64,000 nucleotides of DNA from the human T2T-CHM13v2.0 reference genome, Homo sapiens: assembly GCF_009914755.1 (NCBI RefSeq), contig NC_060930.1; one strand, 5' to 3'. The notes under the pieces are model-generated. The model searched no databases, was not told the DNA's origin, and saw nothing but the letters and a program-made list of their open reading frames with translations. The position numbers and the translations under genes are program-made. This document shows, one piece after another, positions 42,759-55,681 of this stretch (its first letter is position 1; the number at the start of each line of letters is the position of its first letter).

Positions 42759-43429
42759 GTGATGATAATTGTGTGGCACGTGGGGGTTCCCAGATGAGGC
42801 TGCCTGATTCTGAAGGTGATGGGAATGTGGTCTGAGGATAGCAATCTCTTGGCACACCTGTAACCCAATGGGGCACATCCATGTGCTTCTGCATACTGAT
42901 TGGGAGTTTTGTTCTATGCATTGCAGGGAGCTGAGTTACCTCCAGATCATAGTAAATACGGGATAAGAAAATCAAGGTACAGGCAAATAGTGGGAAAAAC
43001 CATGATGAAGCACTAGAGATCATAACGGCAGAAAGTCCATAAAGTTTAAAGAGAAGTCAGGGAAAAAGCATTCCGTAGATGCAAGAAACAGCAAGGATTC
43101 ACACACAGGAGTTCTAACAAGGGCTTAGGGACATCTGTGACAGTGGTCAGAGATCAGAAACAGAAATTAATAACCCAAACTTTCATTTGAACTTGGCTGG
43201 AGCCCAGGAGGATATCAAGATATGGCTGAGCACCAGAAATCAGAGCACAGGTGACTGTTCCTTAAGAATGGCCCATCTACAGGTGTCTGTGATGACTGTG
43301 CTGAGCTGTGAGAGCAGGCATGGTAGACAATGGAGTGAAGAGCTTAGAATGCAGGTGAGATTCATTCCAAGTAAACCAAACTCAAGATGACTGGCTGCAG
43401 CTAGGCCAGGAAGCTTCTTTATCATCACA
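42759..43429. mobile_element. LTR-like insertion with 10-bp terminal inverted repeats (possibly ancient Gypsy-type LTR)
   Basis: GTGATGATAA(42759-42768)/TTATCATCAC(43419-43428) followed by A; interrupts L2; family not confidently recognised. Confidence 0.45.
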
Positions 43430-43906
43430 TTACCTCTTGGGGACTATTATTTACTTCCAAGTCTAAAGTGATGGTTTTCTGCCCTGACGTTTTATCCAAA
43501 TTTTGGTTGGCTAGAAACTGAACTAGAGATCTTGTCACCTCAAGTTCCAAGAGCCAAATACCTTTCATGTCTGAACGCTAGTTCCACTTTCTACTTCTTG
43601 GTCTCTTCATCAATCTCCTAGGCTCAAAGTCTTGTAGACATCATTGACTTGTGTCTCTTTGGTCCCCCATCATCACTCAGTCATTTTCTGGAGAATGTCT
43701 CACATTGATCCTCTTCTTTTCCCTAGTTCAGACCCATCTCTCTTATGTCCAAGTCTCTTCACACCTTCTTCCTCTCTGGTCTCACTGCCTCTAGTTCCAT
43801 TTCTCTCTGAAGTATCTAACACTGACTAGTGTTTGGGAAACTCAGATTTCATTATCTCATTCCTTGACCAAAAGTGGATTCAGGGATTGCCCGTGTCTCC
43901 TTTTTA

Positions 43907-44262
<356 letters not shown>

Positions 44263-44409
44263 AAAACATCTTTGAGTATTTTAGGCCTTGCTAATCCAGC
44301 CTTATATAACCTACTCAGCCACGGTGTAGTTCAGTCTTTTCACTGGCTTGTGGGTGCATGCACTCACTCTCTCAGATCTCACTTGCTTTTTTACTCACCA
44401 ACTCATTGA

Positions 44410-44892
44410 CCCACCAGAAGAATGGCCCCTCAAAGGAGTCTACATCCTAATCCTCAGAACCTGTGAGTATGAATGTTACATGGCAGGTGGGAATTAAGGT
44501 TACTAATCAGTTGATCTTGAGATGATGAGATTATCCTGGATGATCCAGGTGGACCTGACATAATCACAAGGGTCCTTAAAAGTGGAAGAGGGAGGCTGAA
44601 GAGAGTCGGAGATGTGATCACAGAAACAGGGTCAGAAGAATGAGATGTGAGAAGGACTTGCTCTGTGGAAGAGAGTCACCAGCCAAGGAGTTCAGGCAGC
44701 CTCTAGAAGCTGGGTGAGAAACAGACGCACCTTAGAGCTACAGAAAAGAATTAAGCCCTGCCAACACCTTGATTTTCAGCTTGTGGATTGATTTTAGACT
44801 TCTGGATCACAGAACTGTAAAATAATGTTTGTGTTGTTTTAAGCCACAGAATTTATGATAATTTGTTACAGAAGTGGTAGGAAGTCTATACA
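44410..44892 (+). mobile_element. MLT1D solo MaLR LTR
   Basis: AATGGCCCCTCAAAG..CCTAATCCTCAGAACCTGTGAGTATG..GAGATTATCCTGGATGATCCAGGTGG..ATTTGTTACAG. Confidence 0.9.
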
Positions 44893-45026
44893 CCAGTCAC
44901 CTCCAAAATAGTTACAGAGCACTCCTTAGGGACTAGGTGCCCCACTGCCCTCACGGTTGGAGGAATTCACAGTGGGAGACAAGGAGGGAGAGACTCCTAT
45001 TGACCTAATTCCTGTTCAATTTGATT

Positions 45027-45310
45027 AATTCATCCACTCACTTAACAAATATTGAGTGCCTATTATGTGCCAGGCACTGTTCTAGGCACAGCAAACAGGT
45101 AAAATCCTCACTGTCCTGGAAGTTACAAACTAATTGGAAGACACACACTAAACATAAAAAGCATACAAATGTCAGTGGTAGATAAATGTTATGAGGAAAA
45201 GTAAAAGAGGTTTTCAAGACTAAGATGGAAGGAAGTAGCTACTTTTGGATAGGGTGGTAAAGAAAGGCCTCTCTGAAGAAGTAATATTTCAAAAATGTGG
45301 AAGAATAGCT
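45027..45310 (-). mobile_element. L2 (L2a-like) 3' end
   Basis: AACAAATATTGAGTGCCTATTATGTGCCAGGCACTGTTCTAGGC; AGGGTGGTAAAGAAAGGCCTCTCTGA. Confidence 0.88.
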
Positions 45311-45375
45311 CTAATTGCAAACACATTAAATTTCTGATATTAATATGTGCTTTATAAATTTTCACCATTTAAAAG

Positions 45376-45743
45376 TGATATGGTTAGGGTTTGTGTCCCC
45401 ATCCAAATCTCATCTTGAATTGTAACCCCCATAATCCCCACGTATCAAGGGAGAGACCACGTGGAGGTAATTGAATCATGGGGGGTGGTTTTCCCCATAC
45501 TGTTCTTCTGATAGTGAGTTCTCACAAGATCTGATGGTTTCATAAGGGGCTCTTCACCCTTCACTCTGCACTTCTCCTTCCTGTGAAGACGGTGCCTTGC
45601 TTCCCCTTCACCTTCCACCATGATTGTAAGTTTCCTGAGGCCTCTCCAGCCATGCTGAACTGGGAGTCAATTAAACCTCTTTCCTTTATAAATTAGTCAG
45701 TCTCAGGCAGTTCTTTACAGCAGTGTGAAAATGGACTGATACA
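45376..45743 (+). mobile_element. THE1D solo LTR
   Basis: TGATATGGTTAGG..CAAGGGAGAGACC..GGCAGTTCTTTACAGCAGTGTGAAAATGGACTGATACA. Confidence 0.93.
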
Positions 45744-46969
45744 ATGAGCTTCGTCACTTCAGATGAGCTGATAATCTTAGTTTGGGGCATGTTGGATGAA
45801 GGATCCTAGTTTTTTCCATCTCCTGCTATGAACAGAGACATTTCTGGAGTTTCATTTAGAGTACTGTCATTTAATCTTATTACTTCTAGCCAAAAGTGTT
45901 CCCTGTGTGGCTTTCTCTTCAATATCTTTGTTAGTGTCTTTAACAGATTATGAGAAGACCTTCATTTTTAACCCCATTCTTCCTACAATGACCAGAGTAG
46001 ATGGGCAACTAAGGAATTATCCTACATTAACTTAATTCCATTTCTTGTTTTTACCCATTGTTAGAAGAGCCGTGAGCACATGATTTTTTTTTTGTACTCA
46101 GTCATGGCTAATAATTAATGTATTGTGAATTTCTTAAAGTTGGTCTTCTGGACAAACATGTTATAATGAAGTATATTGTGTAATGGACACAGATACCTTT
46201 TATTAAAATTGGTTTTTATAGTCAAAAGACCTTTCAGAGAAGGAGAAGGGTTGGCTTCAGAATTATCTATGCTGTATTGACTTTATGGCACCCTGAGGTA
46301 CTCTTCAAATGCAAATGTGGGTGTTTATTAAGCAGAAACAGTTTCAAAACTATTGTGTTCTGCCATGTTAATGCAGGTAGAAATGTGAAAGCTTCCTGCT
46401 TTTATTTTTTTGATATTACTTTTTTGGGGACGATATTGGCTGAAGAATCTATATGCAAGAAAATGCAAGAAAATCACTTAAGGAAATGTATCCATGTTTA
46501 AAAGTAGGGATTATCTTTGCGCCCCTGGGTAGGCTGGTATAGGAGTACATTACACTCCCCCTATTCTCTCATACACACCCAGGGTGCAGGCATGTATTTC
46601 ACAACTAAGCATCTATTTCAATAGCTGTGAAGATACTGTGCAATAGGTAGAACAGCCAACCAGCCGACCATGTGTGTAATCAACTATCTCTTCCCAATGC
46701 ACATAGCAAATATTTATAGAGCTAGAGGAACTTCAACTCTAATTATCCCTGCTTTTTATTTTCATTCTTACTGCTTCACATGGATACAACAATGTTTCAA
46801 CTAGAACAAGGCAAACCACTTGGTCATTGGTTTCATATTTACTTTTAACCTGTCTCAGCATGCATACAGTTAAATAGATATAATCCCTGACGTTTGCTAG
46901 TTTACAACTAAAGCAATGCTGAAGTAAACAGAAAGTATTAGGGGCATACGTGAGTGGCTTGAAAATTCA

Positions 46970-49576
46970 TTTTTTTTCTCTTGCTGCTTTTAGGATCCTT
47001 TATCTTTGACTTTTGGGAGTTTGATTATAAGATGCTTTGAGGTAGTCTTCTTTGGGTTAAAGATGCTTGGTATTCTATAACTCTCTTCTACTTGAATGTT
47101 AATATCTTTCACTAGGTTTGGGACATTCTCTCCTATTATCCCTCTGAATAAACTTTCTACCCTATCTCTCCACCTCCCCTTTAAGTCCAATAACTCTTAT
47201 ATTTGTCTCTTTTACAGGCTATTTTCTGGATCTTTTTGGCATGCTTCCTTGTTTTTTTATTCTTTTTTCTTTTGTTTCTTCTCACTGTGTATTTTCAAAT
47301 AGCCTGTCTTCAAGCTCACTAATTCTTTCGTCTGCTTGATCAATTTTGCTCTTGACTCTGATGCATTCTTCAGTATGTCACTTGCATTTTTCAACTCCAG
47401 AATTTCTGCTTGATTCTTTTTAATTATTTCAATCTCCTTATTAAATTTATCTGATAGAATTTTGAATTCCTTCTCTGTGTTATCTTGAATTTCTTTCGAG
47501 TTTCCTCAAAACAGCAATTTTGAATTCTCTGAAAGGTCACATGTCTCTTTCTTCAGGATTGGTATTTGGTGCTTTATTTAGTTTGGTGAAGTCATGTTTT
47601 CCTGGATAATCTTGATGCTTGTAGATGTTCGTCAGTGTCTGGGCACTGAAGAGTCAGGTTTTTATTGTAGTTGTCACATTCTGGGCTTATGACTGTGCTG
47701 CTTGAGAAGGCTTCCAGGTATCCAAAGGGACATGGGCCCCAATCCCAATGTCACTGTGGTTTTTGTGGACTCGTAGAGGTACCACCTTGGTGGTCTTGTA
47801 TAAGATCCAGAAGAATTCACTGGATTACCACGCAGAGGCTCTTGTTCTTTTCCCTTACATTTTCCCAAACGAAGTCTCTCTCTCTGTGCTGAGCCACCTG
47901 GAATAGGGGGTGAGGTGATGTAAGCACTCCTGGGGCCACCACCACTGGGGCTGTGCTGGGTCAGACCTGAAGCCAGCACAGCACTGGATCTTACCCAGGA
48001 CCTGCTGTACCTACACTTGGCTTCCACCTATGTTCACTCAAGGCCTTAGTGCTCTAATCAGCAGGTGGCAAAGCCAGTCAGGTTTGTATCCTCCCCTTCA
48101 GGTCAGTGAGTTCCCCTAGGCCCCGGATATGTCCAGAGATGCTGTCTGGGAGCCAGGGATTGGAATATAAAAACTTTAGAAATTTGCCTAATGTTCTATT
48201 CTGCGGCTAAGCTGGCACTCAAACCACAATATAAAGTCCTTCTTGCTCTTCCTTTCTCTTTCTCTTTCCACAGGCAAGGGAGCCTCTCTCTATGGGCACC
48301 ACCACCAACAACCCATGGAGGGGTTCTGCCAGGCCACTAGCAATGTTCACTTAAAGCCCAACCTCTTCAGTCAGCTTGTGGTAAATACTGCCAGGCCTGG
48401 GACTCAGCTTTCACAGCAGTGGGCTTTCCTGTGGCCCAGTGCAGGTCCAGAAATGCTGTCCAAGAGCCTAGGCCTATACTCAGGGGTCCCAAGAGCCTGA
48501 TTGTTGCTCTACCCCATTGTGGCCAAGCTGGTCTCTGAGGTGCAAGAAAAGTCCCCTTTAGTTTTCCATCTGCTTTTCTCAAACAGAATGAGTCTTGCAC
48601 CATAGCCACCACAGCTGGGAATGTTCTGGGTCACACCTGTAGTCAGCATGTCTCAGAGCCCAAGGCCCGCGGTGTACTCCCTGGGTAGTGCTGCTGATTA
48701 TTCCAGGTCCAAGGGCTCTTTAGTCAACAGGTAATGAATTCTGCCAAGACTGGGTCCTTCTCTTCAAGGTAGCAAGTTCTCTTCTGGCCCAGGGTGTGTT
48801 TAGAAGGGCCTGGGATGCGGACCTCATGACTCTCACTGGTGCTCTATCCTGCTGTAGCTGAGCTGGTATCCAAGATGCAAGACAAAATCTTCTTTACTCT
48901 TTGTTTCCCTCCTAGTAAGCAGAAGGAAGGAGTCACCTTCACTGCTGCAAGCTGCACTGCCTGGGGTTGGAGGAGGGATGGCACAAGCACTCCTTCAGCC
49001 CTCAAGCTGGTGTCTCCCTAGGTCATGTGCCACCGTAGTCCTGTGGCTCTGAGCCTGACCCAGCACTAGGAGTTGCCTAGGAATTGCAATCTCTGTGTCC
49101 TAGACTGCCTTTCCGTTTACCTAGGACCCCAGAGCACTTTGGCCTGCGGTTGCCAGGCTTGCTGAGAAACTCGAGTTCCCACTGATGGGATGGGTGATTC
49201 ACCTCTAGCTAGGACTGGTCCAGATGTTCCTTCCATGCATGGGAACCAGCTGAGTCCAGCACAGATTTACTCTCCACTATGGTAGGGCAGCACTGAGTCC
49301 AATAAAAAGTCCCTCAGTTGCTGTGCTCTTTTTCCCCCAGGTGCATAGACTGGCGGCTGCCAGGGGATAAGGAAGCAGTGGCATTGGAATTCAAGACTGT
49401 CTCTCTGACCTTCCTGAATGACTCAGCAATATGAAGTTAAAATCAGGTACTATGGTTGCTCATCTGATTTTTGTTTCTTGTGATGGTGCTTTTCTGTGTG
49501 CAGATGTTGTTAAAATTTGATGTTCCTGTCGGGGTTAAAAATGTGTAGGCTTCTATTCTGCCACCTTGCTCCATCC
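46970..49576 (-). mobile_element. L1M1/L1M2-type 5' UTR plus partial ORF1, 3'-truncated
   Basis: 5' terminus GGATGGAGCAAGGTGGCAGAATAGAAGCC on minus; ORF1 fragment ESLFRGIIGENVPNLVKDINIQVEESYRIPSIFNPKKTTSKHLIIKLPKVKDK. Confidence 0.88.
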
Positions 49577-50519
49577 AAGTTTGAATATTTAGTACTCAGA
49601 TTTATATCTTAATGAAGACAAAATACCCACTCATTTAGGAGGATATGAAGGATGAATCAGCTGGAGCTGCATAGGTCCTTCATGTCCTAGAGTGCATGGT
49701 TCATGATCCATCAGCACTGCTACTAAAATGGTCATGTCATGTTTGGGCATGCCAGATTGTTCTGACTTGGCAGTATCAGAATGCTGTTGTAGACATTAAT
49801 TTTGGGGCACTGCGGAAGTAGATCTGGCTGTTGCTTTGAATCTGGTAAAAAAAAAAACAAAAACAAAACGTTTTTGCTTGACAGTGCCTAACAATGCCAT
49901 GGTAAGAATTTCACTTCTTCTTTTATAAAAGACATGGTACTACATAAAGTAATGTTCACTTGTACTTATAGAGCAAGAGCTATATAAAATTACATATGGG
50001 ACAAGCTTCTAGCTTCAGCAATTATAGAACTTGTTAGTCAATGATTATTAGGGAATACTACATAGAACAGTATATAATGTTTGGAAAGTGTTACTTACAT
50101 AACTTCTGGAAAATGAACTCATTTGGAGGCATACCCTCCCATTCCCTCCTTTGTCCTTTTATATCTCTATGTTGTATCTGTTTATTAGATTATTGCTTTA
50201 TAATAAAAATCTGTAATGTGAAATATATTTTTATGTGGGGAAATAGGAAAATGAGACTAAGAAAACTAAGATGAAACCAGAAACTGGGGAGTTTACAAAG
50301 TAAGTGCAACGAGTCCTCTTTCTTTGCTGCAGAAGGGCCTCAGAGTTAACTTTGAACATCATAACAACCAAAGCAAAAAATTGTTTTCATACCTTCATAT
50401 TTATTATTTGACTATGTATTAGATTTGTAAGTCCCCATTGTGTTCTCCTTAAAAGCAGGTGACTCAAGCAGCCAACTAGAACTTCCTAGTCTGCTTTCTG
50501 CTTAGGTGATTTGCTGCAT

Positions 50520-51277
<758 letters not shown>

Positions 51278-52297
51278 TTTTAACAGGTAAGATTTGAGGT
51301 TCTCTATAAACTGCATAGGTTTGGCTTTCTTCCCAACTTGAAGTGAGCTATTTTTTTAGAGTTGCATTTGATTTTAAAAACAGAATTAGGGGACTATAAA
51401 AATAGACTGCAATGAGTTATTCCAGCAGTCTCACTGTTTTTTAAGAGTGGTAACGTTCCTTTTATGATGTTTTTCATTTACAGCATGGCCTTAGAGCCAG
51501 CTCTTTTTCAAAACACAATCCCATTATTACGGCTGCCTTTTGCCTCAAACAACTTCCCATAACATTAGAGGTATAATATTGCAAGAATAGCTTCTGACAG
51601 AGAGGTTTCTAGTTTGTAGTTGGGGGGATACAGGATGTCAAATTGCTCATCATTTCTGGATCTGAAGGGAAGTAGTTTAAAGATTTTATTTTACCTATGT
51701 GGTTCCAGCCAACCATGTCATGGAAAACATATTTCCCTATATAGGACAAGGAAATGGCTCAAATAATTCTCACACATTGCTGAAATCCGAACATGAAATA
51801 GGATTGATTTCGTTTCCTTTTATTTTTAGGATGATTCTAACAGAAAAAGAGCATACAGGAAGAAATAAAAGGTTCATATTCATATTGAGAGTTTGTTGTT
51901 GTTGAACTTTTAAAAAGAAATATGGGTATGAGCCCTTGAAGATTTCTAGGTCTGGATGCTGTGGGGCTTAAGGGATGGATACAGGAGAAGCTGGAGAGAT
52001 GCGTAGGTGGAAATATCAAATGCAGTAAGGACTGGAGCCCACACCTGGAAGAAAAGGCAAAGACTGTGTTTAGGGCCCTCCGACCTCCATCTGCTGAGGA
52101 ACCTCTGCCTTGTAGGCCCCCTTGGCATCATCGTTTCCATTTAGACTGATTTATTCTCTACCTAGTTGTCTTGGGGTCAGCTTCTCTTTGTCTTCCAGGA
52201 CAGGACAACCCCTTATCTGATAAATGAAATTGGGATAATTGGATGTTGTAAGAAAGCTAAATAAAACCCCAAGAACTCTTCTTTGCTTCCTAGGCAA

Positions 52298-52337
52298 ATG
52301 TGTGCGCGCGTGTGTGTGTGCGCGTGCGCACATGTGT
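52298..52337. repeat. 40-bp alternating purine-pyrimidine (TG/CG) tract
   Basis: ATGTGTGCGCGCGTGTGTGTGTGCGCGTGCGCACATGTGT. Confidence 0.9.
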
Positions 52338-52366
52338 TTTATGCTGCTGTTGAAGTAGCAGCAGGA

Positions 52367-52593
52367 TTAGATGGAAACAGCAGAGCTTGAGATTTAATCA
52401 TACATTGATTTATGCTCTTATTCTGCCCTCACTTTATGTATGGCTCTGGGCATATTAATGATCTTCGCAGACCCCTGTTGCCCTTTGCCCCATCTGTCAG
52501 ACTGGAAAGGTGTTTTGAGGATTCAATGAGGTAGCAGGAAAGGACTGAGGACCATACCTGCCCTGTTCTGGGGCTCACTAAACACTGCTTCCT
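52367..52593 (+). mobile_element. MIR SINE
   Basis: CCCCATCTGTCAGACTGG..GTTTTGAGGATTCAATGAG..GGGCTCACTAAACACT. Confidence 0.7.
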
Positions 52594-55500
52594 CCACTTG
52601 CCTCTGATTTTTTATACAGAAGCCTGCTGTCTCCTTCCCACTTTCTCTTGTTGAGTGGTCCAGCCTCTGGGAAGAAATGGCACCTCCTTTCTTAGATGTC
52701 AGTAGGGGTACTGTTAATCTCTTAAGTCACACTGTACAAATAGCCAACTCTTCTCCACTTGTATATGGCTCTCTAAAGATAAGATTTCTGCACTTGGAAG
52801 GTAAAAAAAAATCACCAGATACTTGGACTTATTGTTGGAAAACAATGTTTATGACGATGAAGCTGTATAAAAGTAAGTATATTTTGTATGTACAAAATAT
52901 AAATTAAATGGACACTTCTTTATCATTAGCTTTCAATCTGCTATGTATATCCTTATAATGATAATATTGGGAATGATGCAGACACCTGAGAAGAAAACAG
53001 AGGTATGTAAAATAAATGACTAAATGATAAATGAGCCTTATCTATCATTTGTAAAAGATGGACAGCAATTCAGCAATTGTAGTGACTGTAGCAGCACTTA
53101 GCTTCTGTCATATAATGTTTACTCAGAGAAAAGTCATGAAATCTTATCTCCTGTGCATATAAACAGACTTAAAATAATAAGCTTTAGGTTCTGGGATAGC
53201 CTCAGCCACTTCCTTCTTATGGGAGGTGGACAAAGCACTTCATCCTTGTGGGTGTGTACTTCTTCATTTTCTGAATTTTTTCAGCTTCTGGGTTCAGATA
53301 GTGAGAATTTAGTTCAAATGTGAAGAGCTACCATAATAAAACAAATATGAACTGTTGTATAATACTCAGGCTAGTTTCCCCAATTTAATTATAACCAGTT
53401 TTATGTCCCCCGGCCCATGCAACTGCTACCTATTGTGGGCACCTCGAGTCACCCTTGTGGCTCCCTCTGCCTATATTGCTTATCTACCCTGCACCAGTGT
53501 TCTGTGAGACCACTCCTGGACCAGGTCTGCTGGGCCTTTCAAAGGAATGTGAATCTAATTATAACTCTTCTCCAAAGGGATGGGACCTGGGACATGCCTG
53601 ATGTCCCACAGGAGTGAGAACCCAGATCTTAGACACACCAAGGACATGTTTACCCTGAGTGGGAGAAAATAACTTCTATGTTTTATAGTAAGTCACCCTC
53701 CCAGGGGTGATCTAAGGACTCAGGGCTCTTTCATGTGTTAATACAACAACAAACAAAACAGAGAAAATTATTCAGAAACTTAACTAATTCAGATAGTTAA
53801 GGCTTCTGTTCAGTTATCAAATGTAAGGTACTAATTCATGTCTTATAGCACATAATTCCAATCAGCGTTTTCATTTGGTTTTTAAAATTTGCATTTTTGA
53901 AGTTTGGGTAGAAGTTTTCCCTGATGGAGTAGTTGAGTAGAAGGACATATTCTTCCCCTCTCTAACATACATAAATGCTTTTAAAGTATACTGAAATAAT
54001 AATTTTGATTTTGAAATTTATCTTGAAACATATAGTGGGATATCCATGGACGGGGAAATGTGAAGTTAGAGTAGTGGGCAGGAGCTGAAGCTCAAGCAGC
54101 TCACACCATATTGGATCTCTGTAAAGAATGGAACTAGGCATGTCTGAGGGAGTGCAGTACTAGAGCAAACGCAAAACACCATGATAGGTCAAGGACGAGA
54201 CTGCCAAAGAAAGGAAAAGCTTTCTTTCTGCTCTCTGGACAAGGGACTTCTCATTTTCATTTTGTATCCTGCCTGCAAATTACGTAGTCTGCATTGTGCT
54301 AGTGTTTGGGAATATTAGAATTTGTGGATCTAGCAACAAATTGACCTTTCTATGGGACAGTATTTTATAATTTCCATGCGTATTTTAAGATGAAGTTTTG
54401 GTAGCCATTTGAGATCACCTTATGGGGCCAAGTGCCTTTGCAATAATTTAGTTCATCTGAACATATCAAAGCCTGATGAAATTTGGACATATTTTACAAA
54501 ACCCTGCTATTTCAGAGGTGTGTGTAGCTCAGACATAGGGATCAAAGTGACTTGTTCAAAGCTAGCAGTAAGGGGCTGTTCTTGTTCCTACTCTTAGTTC
54601 AAGCAGGACTCATGCACTATTTTATGTTTCAAGACAAAAATAAAATCAGTACTAGGAAACTTAACCACCCCACTGAGCACATTTATCATGTGTTTCTCAT
54701 ACTCCTCGCCCTCCTCCTCACCATCCCCCTGATGAGGTGTTCAAGGATTAATGAACTAGTGTTGGGAAATTATTTATACTTTCTTGTATAAAAGTACCAT
54801 AAAGAACAATGTATATAGTTTCCACTTAGAGTCAGCAAACTAAGCTTTTAGGAACATAAAGCATATCTAATACATAGTTATTTACTTCTTAAGGGAGAGT
54901 TCAGAGAAGAACTAATTTATTGAGCTAAATATCTTTGGTCGTATTTTCCATACTTGTTTTATATCCCAAAGTACTGTATCAAAATATAGCTTCCTTCACC
55001 TTAGACCTCTGTGGGGAGAGATGTATGTGAATTATAGCACATTTCACAGCCAGAAATGGGGAACAGTGCATGTGGCCTCATTCTTGACCTCATCTCAGAG
55101 CCCATTATAGACATTTCTTGAGACTGTTCATTCTAGAAATAAAAGGGGTGAGACTGAACTTTGATTCCAGAGAATGAGTGTATTCCTGAAGTTTTTCTTT
55201 CTTTCTTTTTTTTTTGTTTTTTGGTTGTTGATTTTTCAGATTCATACTAAAAAGAGTATTTTTTGTTTATTAGATCCCTTTTACTTATTAATACTCAACT
55301 TTGGTGTGTTAGTAGCATTGTTGATTTAGTAGTAAGCAGTTATATTCTGGGGTACTGTGATACTTAAAAGGATTTTTAACATTGCTTGTTTAAAATAATC
55401 CCCTCCCTTTAGGGAGGTTGGCACAATAAACTATCTGTCCATTACACTTCAGGGTAAATGGTCTACTACATTTTTTTCAAAGAATATGTTTAATGGAGAG

Positions 55501-55681
55501 GTGGGAGTGTTTCCTAGAATAATACTAGATATGACTATACTAAAGGGAGAGAAAATAACAAAGGGGGAATAGAAACAAGTAAGACAAATAAAAATCCAGG
55601 TCACAGCTCTTTAAGGTAGAAGTTGCCCATTCCACAGCATTGCCTAAACTTTCAAGATTATTGGAAATTTCTGTTGCTCCT

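Noticed and set aside
55190-55239. Long T-rich tract ending in CAG as a plus-strand splice acceptor
   Set aside because: No convincing downstream donor or open exon; low-complexity tract.
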